Shown here: piece after piece, positions 29,330-38,005 of the stretch
How positions within the stretch are numbered: position 1 is the stretch's first letter
Layout: the number at the start of each line of letters is the position of its first letter
Assembly: GCA_965116925.1 (NCBI GenBank)
Contig: OZ220744.1
Span: 2,624,001-2,688,000 of the forward strand
DNA: 64,000 nucleotides
Source of the DNA: Candidatus Poribacteria bacterium
GTDB taxonomy: Bacteria > Poribacteria > WGA-4E > PCPOR2b
Direction of reading: 5' to 3'
Position numbers and translations under genes: made by a program
Notes under the pieces: generated by a model
What the model saw: only the letters and a program-made list of their open reading frames with translations
What the model was told of the DNA's origin: nothing
The model's database searches: none

Positions 29330-30196
29330 ATGGGTGGATTAAATTCTGAACAGATTGCATTTTACAAGGATCAGGGCTATCTCCTGATGGAGGATGTGAT
29401 TCCTGTCGAGGACCTGCGGCAATTGATTTCGGAGTTAAACGAGACGGTGGATCAGAACGCTCGAAAAGCGCAAGCGAGAGGAGAGTTGTCTGAGCTATTT
29501 GAAGATGAGCCCTTTGAGCGGCGCTTAGCTCGGATTGTAGAGTCTATCGCCGATCCGTCTGATACCTCATTTACGGATACCTTATTCGAGGGATTGCACG
29601 GTAAGTTGAAGACAGAGGGGATGTTCGCCGTGCAGACACACCCGGCTATCTTGGACATTGTTGAATCGTTGATTGGTCCAGAAATTTTGGCACATCCGCA
29701 ATTCAATATCCGCCCGAAGCTGCCCAATCAAGATACCTCCGTGGTTCCTTGGCACCAAGACTTGGGTTACTTACAACCGGACGCCTCAGAGACTTTCATG
29801 GTCAACTTCTGGATTCCGCTTGTGGATGCAACGGTAGAGAATGGTTGCATGGAGGTGATTGCGGGTAGCCATAAAGTGCCACTGATTAACCATGTTCTAG
29901 GGCTGGGACCGGGACGCAATTTTAAGGGGATTGTCGATGAGGCGTTGCCCGATGGTGAGCAGGTACAGTGTCCGGTCCCGTTGGGCGGTGTGCTGCTCAT
30001 CCAGCACAAGACCATTCATCGCTCGGTCCCAAACCACTCCGATCACATCCGTTGGAGCATGGATATACGCTATAGCGATCCTCGAATGCCTACCGGACGC
30101 GATGGGGTGCCGGGATTTATCGCGAGAAGCAAAGCACAGCCGGCATCTGTGGCGAATAACCTTGGGGATTGGTTGAAGTTGTTCGAGTCGGTGTAA
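29330..30196 (+). CDS. Phytanoyl-CoA dioxygenase (PhyH) family Fe(II)/2OG oxygenase
   Basis: FYKDQGYL, PWHQD, NFWIPL.DAT.ENGC, HRS.PN.S..IR; start at ATG 29330 after GGAGG. Confidence 0.92.
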   Translation: MGGLNSEQIAFYKDQGYLLMEDVIPVEDLRQLISELNETVDQNARKAQARGELSELFEDEPFERRLARIVESIADPSDTSFTDTLFEGLHGKLKTEGMFAVQTHPAILDIVESLIGPEILAHPQFNIRPKLPNQDTSVVPWHQDLGYLQPDASETFMVNFWIPLVDATVENGCMEVIAGSHKVPLINHVLGLGPGRNFKGIVDEALPDGEQVQCPVPLGGVLLIQHKTIHRSVPNHSDHIRWSMDIRYSDPRMPTGRDGVPGFIARSKAQPASVANNLGDWLKLFESV

Positions 30197-30197
30197 C

Positions 30198-30296
30198 TAT
30201 GGTGAATACTAAAAATAAATAGCCCCTTTCGCCCCCGGTAGGTGCGGTTTGCAACCGCACCGGTTTGAAGTATCTCATTAATTTTAAGGTCCACTA
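30198..30296. mobile_element. MITE family A copy
   Basis: TATGGTGAATACTAAAAATAAATAG..ATTAATTTTAAGGTCCACTA; fills the whole intergenic space. Confidence 0.75.
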
Positions 30297-30869
30297 ATGA
30301 TAAGAAAAATAAGCATGACGTTTTGCCTCATCGTGACGGTTCTGTTCATTTGGGTTTGGCACCATCAGAGCCAGTTTAATGACCATTCGCGCAAAGGATT
30401 TTTTCATCTGAGGAATGGCGAATTAGACCAAGCGGTTGAAGCGTATACCAAAGCCATCAAGAACAAAGAGCGGACAATCTTTTTCGCTCAAGCACCCTCG
30501 GCGTATAATAACCTCGGTCAAGCCTACCTGCGTAAAGAGGAATACGCGCCTGCCATCGCCGCCTTCCGAAAAACGCTTGATATGAGTCCAAATGCGGTAG
30601 GGGCTTATATCAATCTAGCGACGGCTTATCTAAAACAGGACTTGCCGGATTCAGCGATTGAATCTTGTGAGACGGCAATTCAGATCTCTCCGGATGTCGC
30701 GCACCTCCATTACAACTTGGCTTGTGCATACGCTCTAAAGAAAGAGGATCAGAAATCAATTGATTCCCTTCAGAGAGCGATTGAGCTTGACGGGCGGATG
30801 CGGGTGCTTGCGCGGGAGGAAAATGTATTTAATCGTCTCCGTTCCCATCCCATTTTTTCTGCAGAGTAA
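30297..30869 (+). CDS. Membrane-anchored tetratricopeptide repeat protein
   Basis: N-terminal TM; AYNNLGQAY, AYINLATAY, HYNLACAY TPR units. Confidence 0.85.
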   Translation: MIRKISMTFCLIVTVLFIWVWHHQSQFNDHSRKGFFHLRNGELDQAVEAYTKAIKNKERTIFFAQAPSAYNNLGQAYLRKEEYAPAIAAFRKTLDMSPNAVGAYINLATAYLKQDLPDSAIESCETAIQISPDVAHLHYNLACAYALKKEDQKSIDSLQRAIELDGRMRVLAREENVFNRLRSHPIFSAE

Positions 30870-30898
30870 ATAACGCAAGTTGCTAGTACTCTGTCATA

Positions 30899-31001
30899 TA
30901 TGGTGAATTCAAAAAATAACTGGACACTTTCGACCCCCCGGTAGGTGCGGTTTGTAACCGCACTGGTTTGGCGTGTCTCATTAATTCTAAGATCCACTAT
31001 A
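30899..31001. mobile_element. MITE family A copy
   Basis: TATGGTGAATTCAAAAAATAACTGGACAC..GTGTCTCATTAATTCTAAGATCCACTATA. Confidence 0.8.
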
Positions 31002-31022
31002 AATCGTGATAAATCAATAATT

Positions 31023-31350
31023 CGTAGGTTGGGTTGAGCGGTCCCATGCCAATCACTATTAACAATGATAGCGGTTCAATTTTTCAACAATACTGTTTTA
31101 TTGATAGATGTAGCGAAACCCAACACCCAAGCGACACAACGATCATCAAGAGTTGGGTTTCACTATATTTGTAAGATGTCAACTGAACAGTATCTTCAAT
31201 CAAAATGGAGTTATTCGGTATGTTTTATGAGTGCCGTTCAACCCAACCTACATACTGGAACGAGATCGGTTGCGCCAATCGTGTTGGATTTCACGGTTCC
31301 CGTTCAACCCAACCTACAACCTAGCGGGCGGGGGGACCCCGCCCCTACGG
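31023..31350. repeat. REPIN-like cluster of GTAG REP arms
   Basis: GTAGGTTGGGTTGA arm, two inverted TTCAACCCAACCTAC arms, GGGCGGGG..CCCGCCCCTAC hairpin. Confidence 0.7.
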
Positions 31351-31420
31351 AAAATCGATGGATTTTCGGGAGGGGACAACTGGCGTTGAATGGGGAATTC
31401 TTACAGTTGTAAATTTCTGC

Positions 31421-31449
31421 TTGACAATTTGAAGGCTGGCATGTATAAT
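31421..31449 (+). promoter_or_regulatory. Consensus sigma70 promoter of the tRNA operon
   Basis: TTGACA-N17-TATAAT, 15 nt before the first tRNA. Confidence 0.9.
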
Positions 31450-31463
31450 TCACCGTTGCGTTT

Positions 31464-31536
31464 GCTGGCGTAGCTCAGTTGGTAGAGCGAGTGATTTGTA
31501 ATCACTTAGTCGGGGGTTCAAGTCCTCTCGCCAGCT
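31464..31536 (+). tRNA. tRNA-Thr(TGT)
   Basis: Cloverleaf, AGTGA-TT-TGT-AA-TCACT anticodon arm, GTTCAAGTCC T-loop. Confidence 0.95.
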
Positions 31537-31547
31537 TTCATTCAAGT

Positions 31548-31629
31548 GGGCGGATACCCAAGTGGTCAACGGGAGCAGACTGTAAATCTGTTGGCTAAGC
31601 CTGCGGAGGTTCAAATCCTTCTCCGCCCA
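31548..31629 (+). tRNA. tRNA-Tyr(GTA)
   Basis: CAGA-CT-GTA-AA-TCTG arm, long variable arm. Confidence 0.95.
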
Positions 31630-31677
31630 TCATACCAAAGCGTCGGAGACGTGTTCCTGTGGCGTCCCAAGCAAAAC

Positions 31678-31750
31678 GCGGGAGTAGCTCAGCTGGTAGA
31701 GCATTGGCCTTCCAAGCCAATTGTCGCGGGTTCAAGTCCCGTCTCCCGCT
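31678..31750 (+). tRNA. tRNA-Gly(TCC)
   Basis: TTGGC-CT-TCC-AA-GCCAA arm. Confidence 0.95.
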
Positions 31751-31787
31751 TTTCGGTTTTGCTGCCGATTGTGTGTTTCCGAGTTAT

Positions 31788-31863
<76 letters not shown>

Positions 31864-31909
31864 TCCCATTTTTTGAATTGTTGTAGCTAAACGAAATTGA
31901 GTGAATATT

Positions 31910-32062
31910 ATGCCAAGAGATATTGTGACGTTAGCGTGTGATGATTGCAAGCAGCGCAATTATGCGACGACCAGAAACAAAAGGACGCAGCAAGAGCGTT
32001 TTGAGTTAAGGAAATATTGTCGCTATTGTCGTAAGCACACATCGCACAAGGAGATTCGATAG
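31910..32062 (+). CDS. rpmG: 50S ribosomal protein L33 (zinc-ribbon form)
   Basis: Own translation: [50 protein letters not shown]. Confidence 0.95.
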   Translation: MPRDIVTLACDDCKQRNYATTRNKRTQQERFELRKYCRYCRKHTSHKEIR

Positions 32063-32076
32063 TATTTTTGTCTTGC

Positions 32077-32150
32077 AGGCCAGTAGCTCGAACGGCTAGA
32101 GCGTCGGTCTCCAAAACCGAATGTTGGGGGTTCGAATCCCTCCTGGCCTG
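32077..32150 (+). tRNA. tRNA-Trp(CCA)
   Basis: TCGGT-CT-CCA-AA-ACCGA arm; usual position before secE. Confidence 0.95.
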
Positions 32151-32171
32151 TCCTTTTTATTTTTGAAAACT

Positions 32172-32549
32172 ATGATAACACGTATAAAAACATTTATTCG
32201 AGATATTCGAGCTGAATGGGATAAAGTCTCCAAGCCGGACCGGAAGGAAGTACAAGGCAACACACTTGTGGTAATTGTCGCTTGTGCAATTCTGGGGGTT
32301 TTCCTCTGGATAGTTGATGGCAATACGGAATATCCCGGCTGGGTTTCTATCCACGGTATAATTTTGCTGATCGCAATTATCGCGTGTATAACCATGGCGG
32401 CAAGGCACTATACACCGAGATGGCACCTCGCGTTCTTGGTTTCCCTGATTCCGTTGATAGTGGTGGCTGTTGCCTATTTTGTCCTTGGCTACTCCGTTGA
32501 AGGTTTCGGGTTCGCTTTGTTACGCAGCCTGTTTATTAAGACCGGCTAA
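32172..32549 (+). CDS. secE: Preprotein translocase subunit SecE (extended)
   Basis: FIRDIRAEWDKVSKPDRKEVQGNTLVVIV motif; position between tRNA-Trp and nusG. Confidence 0.85.
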   Translation: MITRIKTFIRDIRAEWDKVSKPDRKEVQGNTLVVIVACAILGVFLWIVDGNTEYPGWVSIHGIILLIAIIACITMAARHYTPRWHLAFLVSLIPLIVVAVAYFVLGYSVEGFGFALLRSLFIKTG

Positions 32550-32589
32550 TTCGCAGATAAGTCTAACTGATTTCAAATATAGGTGCGCT

Positions 32590-33135
32590 ATGGACGGTTT
32601 TTGGTATATTCTTCATATCTATTCTGGGCATGAAAAGAAGGTAAAACTAAATCTTGAGCAGCGGGCGCGAGCCTTGAGGTTAGATGAGGAAGTTCTCCAA
32701 GTAATTGTTCCTACTAAAGAGGTTGTAGAAATCAAGAACGGGAAAAAGCGGACGTTTGAGCGTCCATCTTACCCAGGCTACCTCCTCGTCCAGACAGCAA
32801 ACGAACTTCGCGCAGATGCACCGAACGAGGCGAGTCAGCAGAGTTGGCACCTCATCCAAGATACGCCGAGTGTTATGGATATCATTGCCCCGCTTACTGA
32901 GGAAGAGGTTCAACATATTCTAGACCTGTCAACGGATGAGGAGAAAAAGCCGGCACCTCCAATGGTGGAACACGCTATTGGCGATAAGGTCCGGGTGATT
33001 GACGGTCCGTTTAAGGAATTTCCGGCGGAGATTAATGGGATTGACGAGGATCGACAACGCCTACATTTGACGATTTCTATCTTAGGCAGGTCGACGCCGA
33101 TTGAGCTAGATCATTTCCAGGTAGAGAAGATATAG
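32590..33135 (+). CDS. nusG: Transcription termination/antitermination factor NusG
   Basis: WYILHIYSGHEKKV, YPGYLLV, KOW GDKVRVIDGPF, ILGRSTPIEL..QVEK. Confidence 0.95.
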   Translation: MDGFWYILHIYSGHEKKVKLNLEQRARALRLDEEVLQVIVPTKEVVEIKNGKKRTFERPSYPGYLLVQTANELRADAPNEASQQSWHLIQDTPSVMDIIAPLTEEEVQHILDLSTDEEKKPAPPMVEHAIGDKVRVIDGPFKEFPAEINGIDEDRQRLHLTISILGRSTPIELDHFQVEKI

Positions 33136-33152
33136 AATTAAAGGAGATATAG

Positions 33153-33578
33153 ATGGCTAAGAAGGTTGCCGGGGTTGTTAAACTTCAACTGATATCTGGG
33201 CAGGCGACACCGAACCCACCTGTGGGTCCAAGTCTTGCCCCTTATATGATTAATATCCCGGAATTTATCAAATCTTTTAACGGTCGGACGCAGGATCAAC
33301 AGGGATTGGTGGTTACGACTATTGTCACCTGTTACGCAGATCGTTCGTTTACTTTTGATGTTAAATCGCCGCCGACAGCGGTGTTGTTGAAAGAGGCAGC
33401 GAAGTTGGCAAAAGGGTCCGGCGAACCTCACCGAAATAAGGTTGCTTCCGTAACGTCGGCACAGGTTGAAGAGATAGCTCAAACGAAGTTGCCAGATCTG
33501 AATACAACCAGCTTGGAGTCTGCGATGCGAATGGTTGCAGGAACTGCACGGAGCATGGGAATTACTGTTGATCAATAA
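33153..33578 (+). CDS. rplK: 50S ribosomal protein L11
   Basis: [29 protein letters not shown]. Confidence 0.97.
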   Translation: MAKKVAGVVKLQLISGQATPNPPVGPSLAPYMINIPEFIKSFNGRTQDQQGLVVTTIVTCYADRSFTFDVKSPPTAVLLKEAAKLAKGSGEPHRNKVASVTSAQVEEIAQTKLPDLNTTSLESAMRMVAGTARSMGITVDQ

Positions 33579-33596
33579 CTGTTGAGGAGGATACGA

Positions 33597-34295
33597 ATGG
33601 GCAAAAGAGGAAAAAGATACAGCGAAGGCGCGCAATTGGTTGATCGCATGAAGTTATACGATCTTGATGAGGGTGTGCAATTATTAAAGAAGTCTGCGTC
33701 AGCAAAGTTTGAAGAGACGGTAGATTTGGCGGTCCATCTTGGTGTGGATCCCCGTCATGCAGATCAAAATATCCGTGGCACGGTTTCTCTGCCACACGGC
33801 ACCGGTCAGGAGATACGGGTTGCTGTTTTCGCGCAAGGGGATAAGGCGCGAGAGGCAGAAGAGGCTGGTGCTGATGCGGTTGGCACCGATGATCTCGTCG
33901 AAAAGATTGTCGATGGCTGGATGGACTTTGACGCGACGATCGCGACGCCTGACTTGATGCGGACAATCATGCCGAAGTTGGGGCGTATTCTCGGACCGAG
34001 AGGCTTAATGCCCAATGCGAAAACGGGAACTGTCACGATGGATGTGGCGGAAACCATTCGCACTATTAAAGCTGGGCAGATTGAGTATCGGGTCGAGAAG
34101 CAATCTGGCGTGATTCAAGCCCCTGTTGGCAGGGCTTCATTTGATGAAAATCAGATCAAAGAGAACATCGAAGCGGTGATGGGTGTCTTGGTGCGGGCGC
34201 GTCCGTCTTCTATCAAAGGCAGATATTTGAAGACTATTGCTATTTCATCAACGATGGGCGTTGGAATTCGTCTGGAGCCGGCGCAGTTTACCTAA
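33597..34295 (+). CDS. rplA: 50S ribosomal protein L1
   Basis: [42 protein letters not shown]. Confidence 0.97.
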   Translation: MGKRGKRYSEGAQLVDRMKLYDLDEGVQLLKKSASAKFEETVDLAVHLGVDPRHADQNIRGTVSLPHGTGQEIRVAVFAQGDKAREAEEAGADAVGTDDLVEKIVDGWMDFDATIATPDLMRTIMPKLGRILGPRGLMPNAKTGTVTMDVAETIRTIKAGQIEYRVEKQSGVIQAPVGRASFDENQIKENIEAVMGVLVRARPSSIKGRYLKTIAISSTMGVGIRLEPAQFT

Positions 34296-34390
34296 ATTAT
34301 AGTGAATTCAAAAAATAAATAGACACTTTCCCCCAGACCCGGTAGGTGCGGCTTTCAACCGCACCGATTTGGAGTGTTTCATTAATTCTA

Positions 34391-35329
34391 ACCCAAGTTG
34401 CTAGTTATTGAAAATCCATGGGTTTTCCGTTAAACTTGAGGGGATTGACCCATACCCCCTCAAAAGGAGAAACCCATGGACCTACAAATTGTAACCATTT
34501 TCTATCTCTGTGACAATCTGTTAGAAGCACTTAACTCAAAAACCTCTCCACAGGCGCAGATGACTGACGCCGAGGTCATGACCACCGGGGTCGTCGCTGC
34601 GTTGTTTTTCGGTGGTAACTTCCAAGTGACTTGTGACTTTCTACACACTCATGGCTATATCCCCAATATGCTGTCAAAAAGTCGTTTCAATCGACGGTTG
34701 CATCGGATTAAACCGATGTTCATCACATTGTTCAAAATCTTAGCCGAAAGTTATGTAAAACTCAATCAACAGCAGATTTATGCGATAGATACACTGCCTA
34801 TTGCGGTCTGTGACAATATCCGCATTAGCCGGTCAAAACTGTATACCGATGAGGCATTTCGTGGGTATCAAGCGTCCAAGCGTCGGTACTTCTATGGCTT
34901 GAAAGTTCACTTGTTAGTGACAGCGAGCCAACAGCCTGTTGAGTTTTTTCTAACGCCAGCAAGCATGAGTGATGTCGAGGGATTACAGTATTTTGATTTT
35001 GACTTACCACCGGGCAGTTGTGTCTACGGGGATAAAGCATACAATAACTATGAGATAGAGGATATATTGGCAACCATTGGAGTGGACCTCAAGCCGACAC
35101 GCAAACAGAATTCCAAGCGACCTTATCCACAGTGGGAGACCTATGTGGCGGCTTGCCATCGTAAGTCTGTCGAGACCGCTGGCAGTTTAATTGAGCGATT
35201 GCTGCCTCGTTCGATTCATGCCGTAACACAACAAGGATTTGAATTGAAAGTGGTCTTGTTTGTATTAGCAAGCAGTATCTATCAACTTTAACTCCAACCA
35301 ACTACTCAATTATAGGTAGCAACTTGGGT
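34391..35329 (+). mobile_element. IS982-family insertion sequence
   Basis: Inverted ends ACCCAAGTTGCTA / TAGCAACTTGGGT; 8-bp target duplication TAATTCTA (34383-34390, 35330-35337). Confidence 0.92.
34476..35291 (+). CDS. IS982-family DDE transposase
   Basis: MTDAEVMT, SKSRFNRR, YAIDTLPI.VC, YFYGLKVH, GDKAY, RKSVET. Confidence 0.92.
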   Translation: MDLQIVTIFYLCDNLLEALNSKTSPQAQMTDAEVMTTGVVAALFFGGNFQVTCDFLHTHGYIPNMLSKSRFNRRLHRIKPMFITLFKILAESYVKLNQQQIYAIDTLPIAVCDNIRISRSKLYTDEAFRGYQASKRRYFYGLKVHLLVTASQQPVEFFLTPASMSDVEGLQYFDFDLPPGSCVYGDKAYNNYEIEDILATIGVDLKPTRKQNSKRPYPQWETYVAACHRKSVETAGSLIERLLPRSIHAVTQQGFELKVVLFVLASSIYQL

Positions 35330-35375
35330 TAATTCTAAAATCTACTATAAATACATCATATTGACTTTGGATGTC

Positions 35376-35538
35376 GTCGTAGACAGTGGGTGCAATTTTG
35401 CTTAAATGAGTATTCAGCCTACCGAGGCGGACTTGATACGCCCCAATTTCTGCTTGTGTGCCAGCATTGACAGAGATTGGTGGGTACGTTCCATAAATGT
35501 GGAAATAAAGCCTCCTATACGACAGGAGGTTTTTTTTT
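35376..35538 (+). promoter_or_regulatory. L10 leader (ribosomal protein autoregulatory RNA) with attenuator
   Basis: GTAGACAGTGGGTG..TTAA..CCTACCGAGG pattern upstream of rplJ, then hairpin GCCTCCT..AGGAGGT plus T-run. Confidence 0.8.
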
Positions 35539-35581
35539 ACGTGTATGGTGCGAATGATTGATTGAAGGGAGAGGGCATCGA

Positions 35582-36148
35582 ATGCCTAACGAGAAAAATA
35601 TCCAACAGGTAGAACGCATTCGAGAGGATTTCCAGAGCTCGGAAGTTATCATCCTGACAGAATATCAAGGATTGACTGTCGAGGAGATTACCGAGTTGCG
35701 CGATAAGTGTCGTGAGGCGGAAATCCAATATAAGGTTTATAAGAATACACTTATCAATGTTGTCGCTGAAGAGTTGGAGATTGAAGGTTTAGCACCTTAC
35801 CTTCAGGGCACAACTGCCGTTGCATTGAGCAACGATCCGGCTGCATCTGCAAAGATCTTAAAGGAGTTTAGCGGCGACCATGAGAATCTGAAGATTAAGG
35901 GCGGGATACTTGGCAAGAGAACGATTGACGGCGCAGCGGCTGAAAAGCTAGTTGATATGCCATCAAGGGAACAACTGATTGCTACGGCTGTTGGCGGTCT
36001 GAAAGCACCCATTTCCGGGTTCGTTAATGTTTTACACCAAGGTTCTCCGTTGACTGGACTTGTTAATGTTTTGAATGGTTCACTTCGTCAAGTGACGACG
36101 GTATTACAGGCAGTCGCTGATCAGAAGAAAGCAGCTGAATCAGCTTGA
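35582..36148 (+). CDS. rplJ: 50S ribosomal protein L10
   Basis: EYQGLTVEEITELR, YKVYKNTL, LKIKGG, MPSREQL. Confidence 0.95.
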   Translation: MPNEKNIQQVERIREDFQSSEVIILTEYQGLTVEEITELRDKCREAEIQYKVYKNTLINVVAEELEIEGLAPYLQGTTAVALSNDPAASAKILKEFSGDHENLKIKGGILGKRTIDGAAAEKLVDMPSREQLIATAVGGLKAPISGFVNVLHQGSPLTGLVNVLNGSLRQVTTVLQAVADQKKAAESA

Positions 36149-36231
36149 CTTAGGTTAAACACGGTCTTCAGCAATCGGATAAAGGTCGAATGCTGATGGA
36201 CTCTATTTTTTTGCAAGAAAGGAACGAAACA

Positions 36232-36636
36232 ATGGCTGATGTTGAAAAACTAATCGATGAGATTAGTAATATGACAGTTTTAGAGCTTTCCGAATTGGTA
36301 AAAGCACTTGAGGATAAGTTTGGTGTGAGTGCTGCCGCTGCTGCGCCGATGATGGTAGCGGCCGGTGCCGTGCCCGGTGCTGCAGAGGGTGCCGCGGCTG
36401 AGGATGCGCCTGCGGAAGAGGAACAGACCGAGTTTACTGTCCAGTTGAAAGAGATTGGACCGAATAAGATTCCGGTAATCAAAGAGGTGCGCGCTGTCAC
36501 CGGACTCGGACTTAAAGAAGCCAAAGAGGCAGTTGAGTCTGCACCCAACCCTATTAAAGAAGGAGTCAGCAAAGAAGAGGCTGAGGAAATTAAGGGTAAG
36601 TTGGAAGCTGTCAATGCAGTCGTAGAGATTCTCTAA
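36232..36636 (+). CDS. rplL: 50S ribosomal protein L7/L12
   Basis: [48 protein letters not shown]. Confidence 0.97.
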   Translation: MADVEKLIDEISNMTVLELSELVKALEDKFGVSAAAAAPMMVAAGAVPGAAEGAAAEDAPAEEEQTEFTVQLKEIGPNKIPVIKEVRAVTGLGLKEAKEAVESAPNPIKEGVSKEEAEEIKGKLEAVNAVVEIL

Positions 36637-36662
36637 TCCCCAGTTTTTTTCTTAACCTACAC

Positions 36663-36703
36663 AAACCCATTGTGGTCTTATGGCTGCGATGGGTTTTTCT
36701 TTT
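36663..36703 (+). terminator. Probable intrinsic terminator after rplL
   Basis: AAACCCATTGTGGTC-loop-GGCTGCGATGGGTTT followed by T-rich tail. Confidence 0.65.
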
Positions 36704-36936
36704 GGCTCATGTTAAGAAATAGTGCAATAGAAACCGAGTTTTTCGGCAAAAACTCGGTTTCTCTTATCGTCTTCCACTTTCTTTTTCCGCTCATGTTAAG
36801 ATTTAGTGTAAAGAAACCGAATATTCGTAGGGGTTGGGTCCCCCAACCCTTACGGCGGGCGGGGAGACCCCGCCCCTACGATTTCGCTTCGTGTTTTGCA
36901 CTTTCTTTTTACATGAGCTTCTTTTTCTATGACTCC
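36704..36936. mobile_element. Nested MITE family C pair
   Basis: Outer GGCTCATGTTAAGAAA..; inner (C)GCTCATGTTAAG..CATGAGC at ~36788-36918 flanked by TTCTTTTTC repeats. Confidence 0.65.
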
Positions 36937-37025
36937 ATAGATCGAATACCAATGAGCCAATGAACTAATAATTTTCACGTTTCACACATCACGTTTCAGG
37001 TATTCAGTGTCGGGAGCTAACTGGA

Positions 37026-37859
37026 ATGCTTCTTATCTTTTATATTGTTTTCAGCCAACTGGCGGTCGGGGGGCTTGCGCTGCTGTTGATTATCCCCAAA
37101 GACTTGGTGGGACGCGGGTTTTACCGACTCATGGGGTTGATTTACCTGCTCGTGATGGTGTTTGTGCGTTGTGCGAACTTGGCGATCAATGGCAATCCTA
37201 TCAGTTTCGGCAATTTCTTCCTCACATGGGAGGGGCACGATTCCGTTTTTGCGCTTGTCTTCTGTACGCTGCTCCTTTTGTATACGATAAGTCTGTGGTT
37301 GAAACCGTCTTTGATTAACCGCCTCTTATTAATTGTGGGTGCGATCTGCGGCGTGATCTGGACTGTGTACGGTGCACAGTCGTATGGGGAGTTGATTGAT
37401 CTTCCTGCCGGCAAATTTCTGTTGCCCGCACAATTTCTTGTTTCCGCTGTTTTATTGGGTGCTGTGAATAGCGGGATGTGGTTTGGACATTGGTATCTTG
37501 TGACTCCCAACCTGCCCGTCATCCACCTGAAACGGTTCAATCAGATCTTCTTGGTGTCGCTGCTTTTGTCAATCGCGTTTTTCGGACTGAATGTGTTCCT
37601 GCGGTGGCAGGCAGTGGATGCGAGCCCATTCAATTTTTTCCATCAGATTGCCTTTTGGCTGCGGCTTCTGCTTGGGTTTGGTGGGTCGGCACTGCTATAC
37701 ATCATAATTTGGGATTGTCTGCGTGATAAGTCAACGCAGCGGGATGTTGTTGGGGCGACACGCGCTGCAACGGGATTTCTCTACATTGCGATGTTGACGG
37801 TGTTTATAGGTGAATTCTGTGGGCGGCTGTTGCTATTGGAAGTCCGCTATATCTTGTGA
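37026..37859 (+). CDS. Polytopic membrane protein (DmsC/NrfD-like anchor, uncertain)
   Basis: ~8 TM; FSQLAVGG, GMWFGHWYL, ATGFLYIA..GEFCGR. Confidence 0.65.
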   Translation: MLLIFYIVFSQLAVGGLALLLIIPKDLVGRGFYRLMGLIYLLVMVFVRCANLAINGNPISFGNFFLTWEGHDSVFALVFCTLLLLYTISLWLKPSLINRLLLIVGAICGVIWTVYGAQSYGELIDLPAGKFLLPAQFLVSAVLLGAVNSGMWFGHWYLVTPNLPVIHLKRFNQIFLVSLLLSIAFFGLNVFLRWQAVDASPFNFFHQIAFWLRLLLGFGGSALLYIIIWDCLRDKSTQRDVVGATRAATGFLYIAMLTVFIGEFCGRLLLLEVRYIL

Positions 37860-38005
37860 CTGTCGAAATTGGACTATATCCAGTCCAATCAGGGTAAAAA
37901 TGTGTCGAACCACAAGTTGGCACAAGATGTGGTTCGCACGAGTCAATAAGGGCGCGACAACCGCATTCAGAAAGCGTATAATTCGTGTGAAAGCCGTCGA
38001 GCTGT

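Larger units (their letters stand above)
34298..35349. mobile_element. MITE family A copy interrupted by IS982
   Basis: Left part 34298-34390, remaining right end 35330-35349. Confidence 0.8.

Noticed and set aside
30899..31350. Possible CRISPR array from recurring GTTCAACCCAACCTAC units
   Set aside because: Units are few, in mixed orientation, irregularly spaced and dispersed through the window; no cas genes. They fit REP/REPIN repeats.
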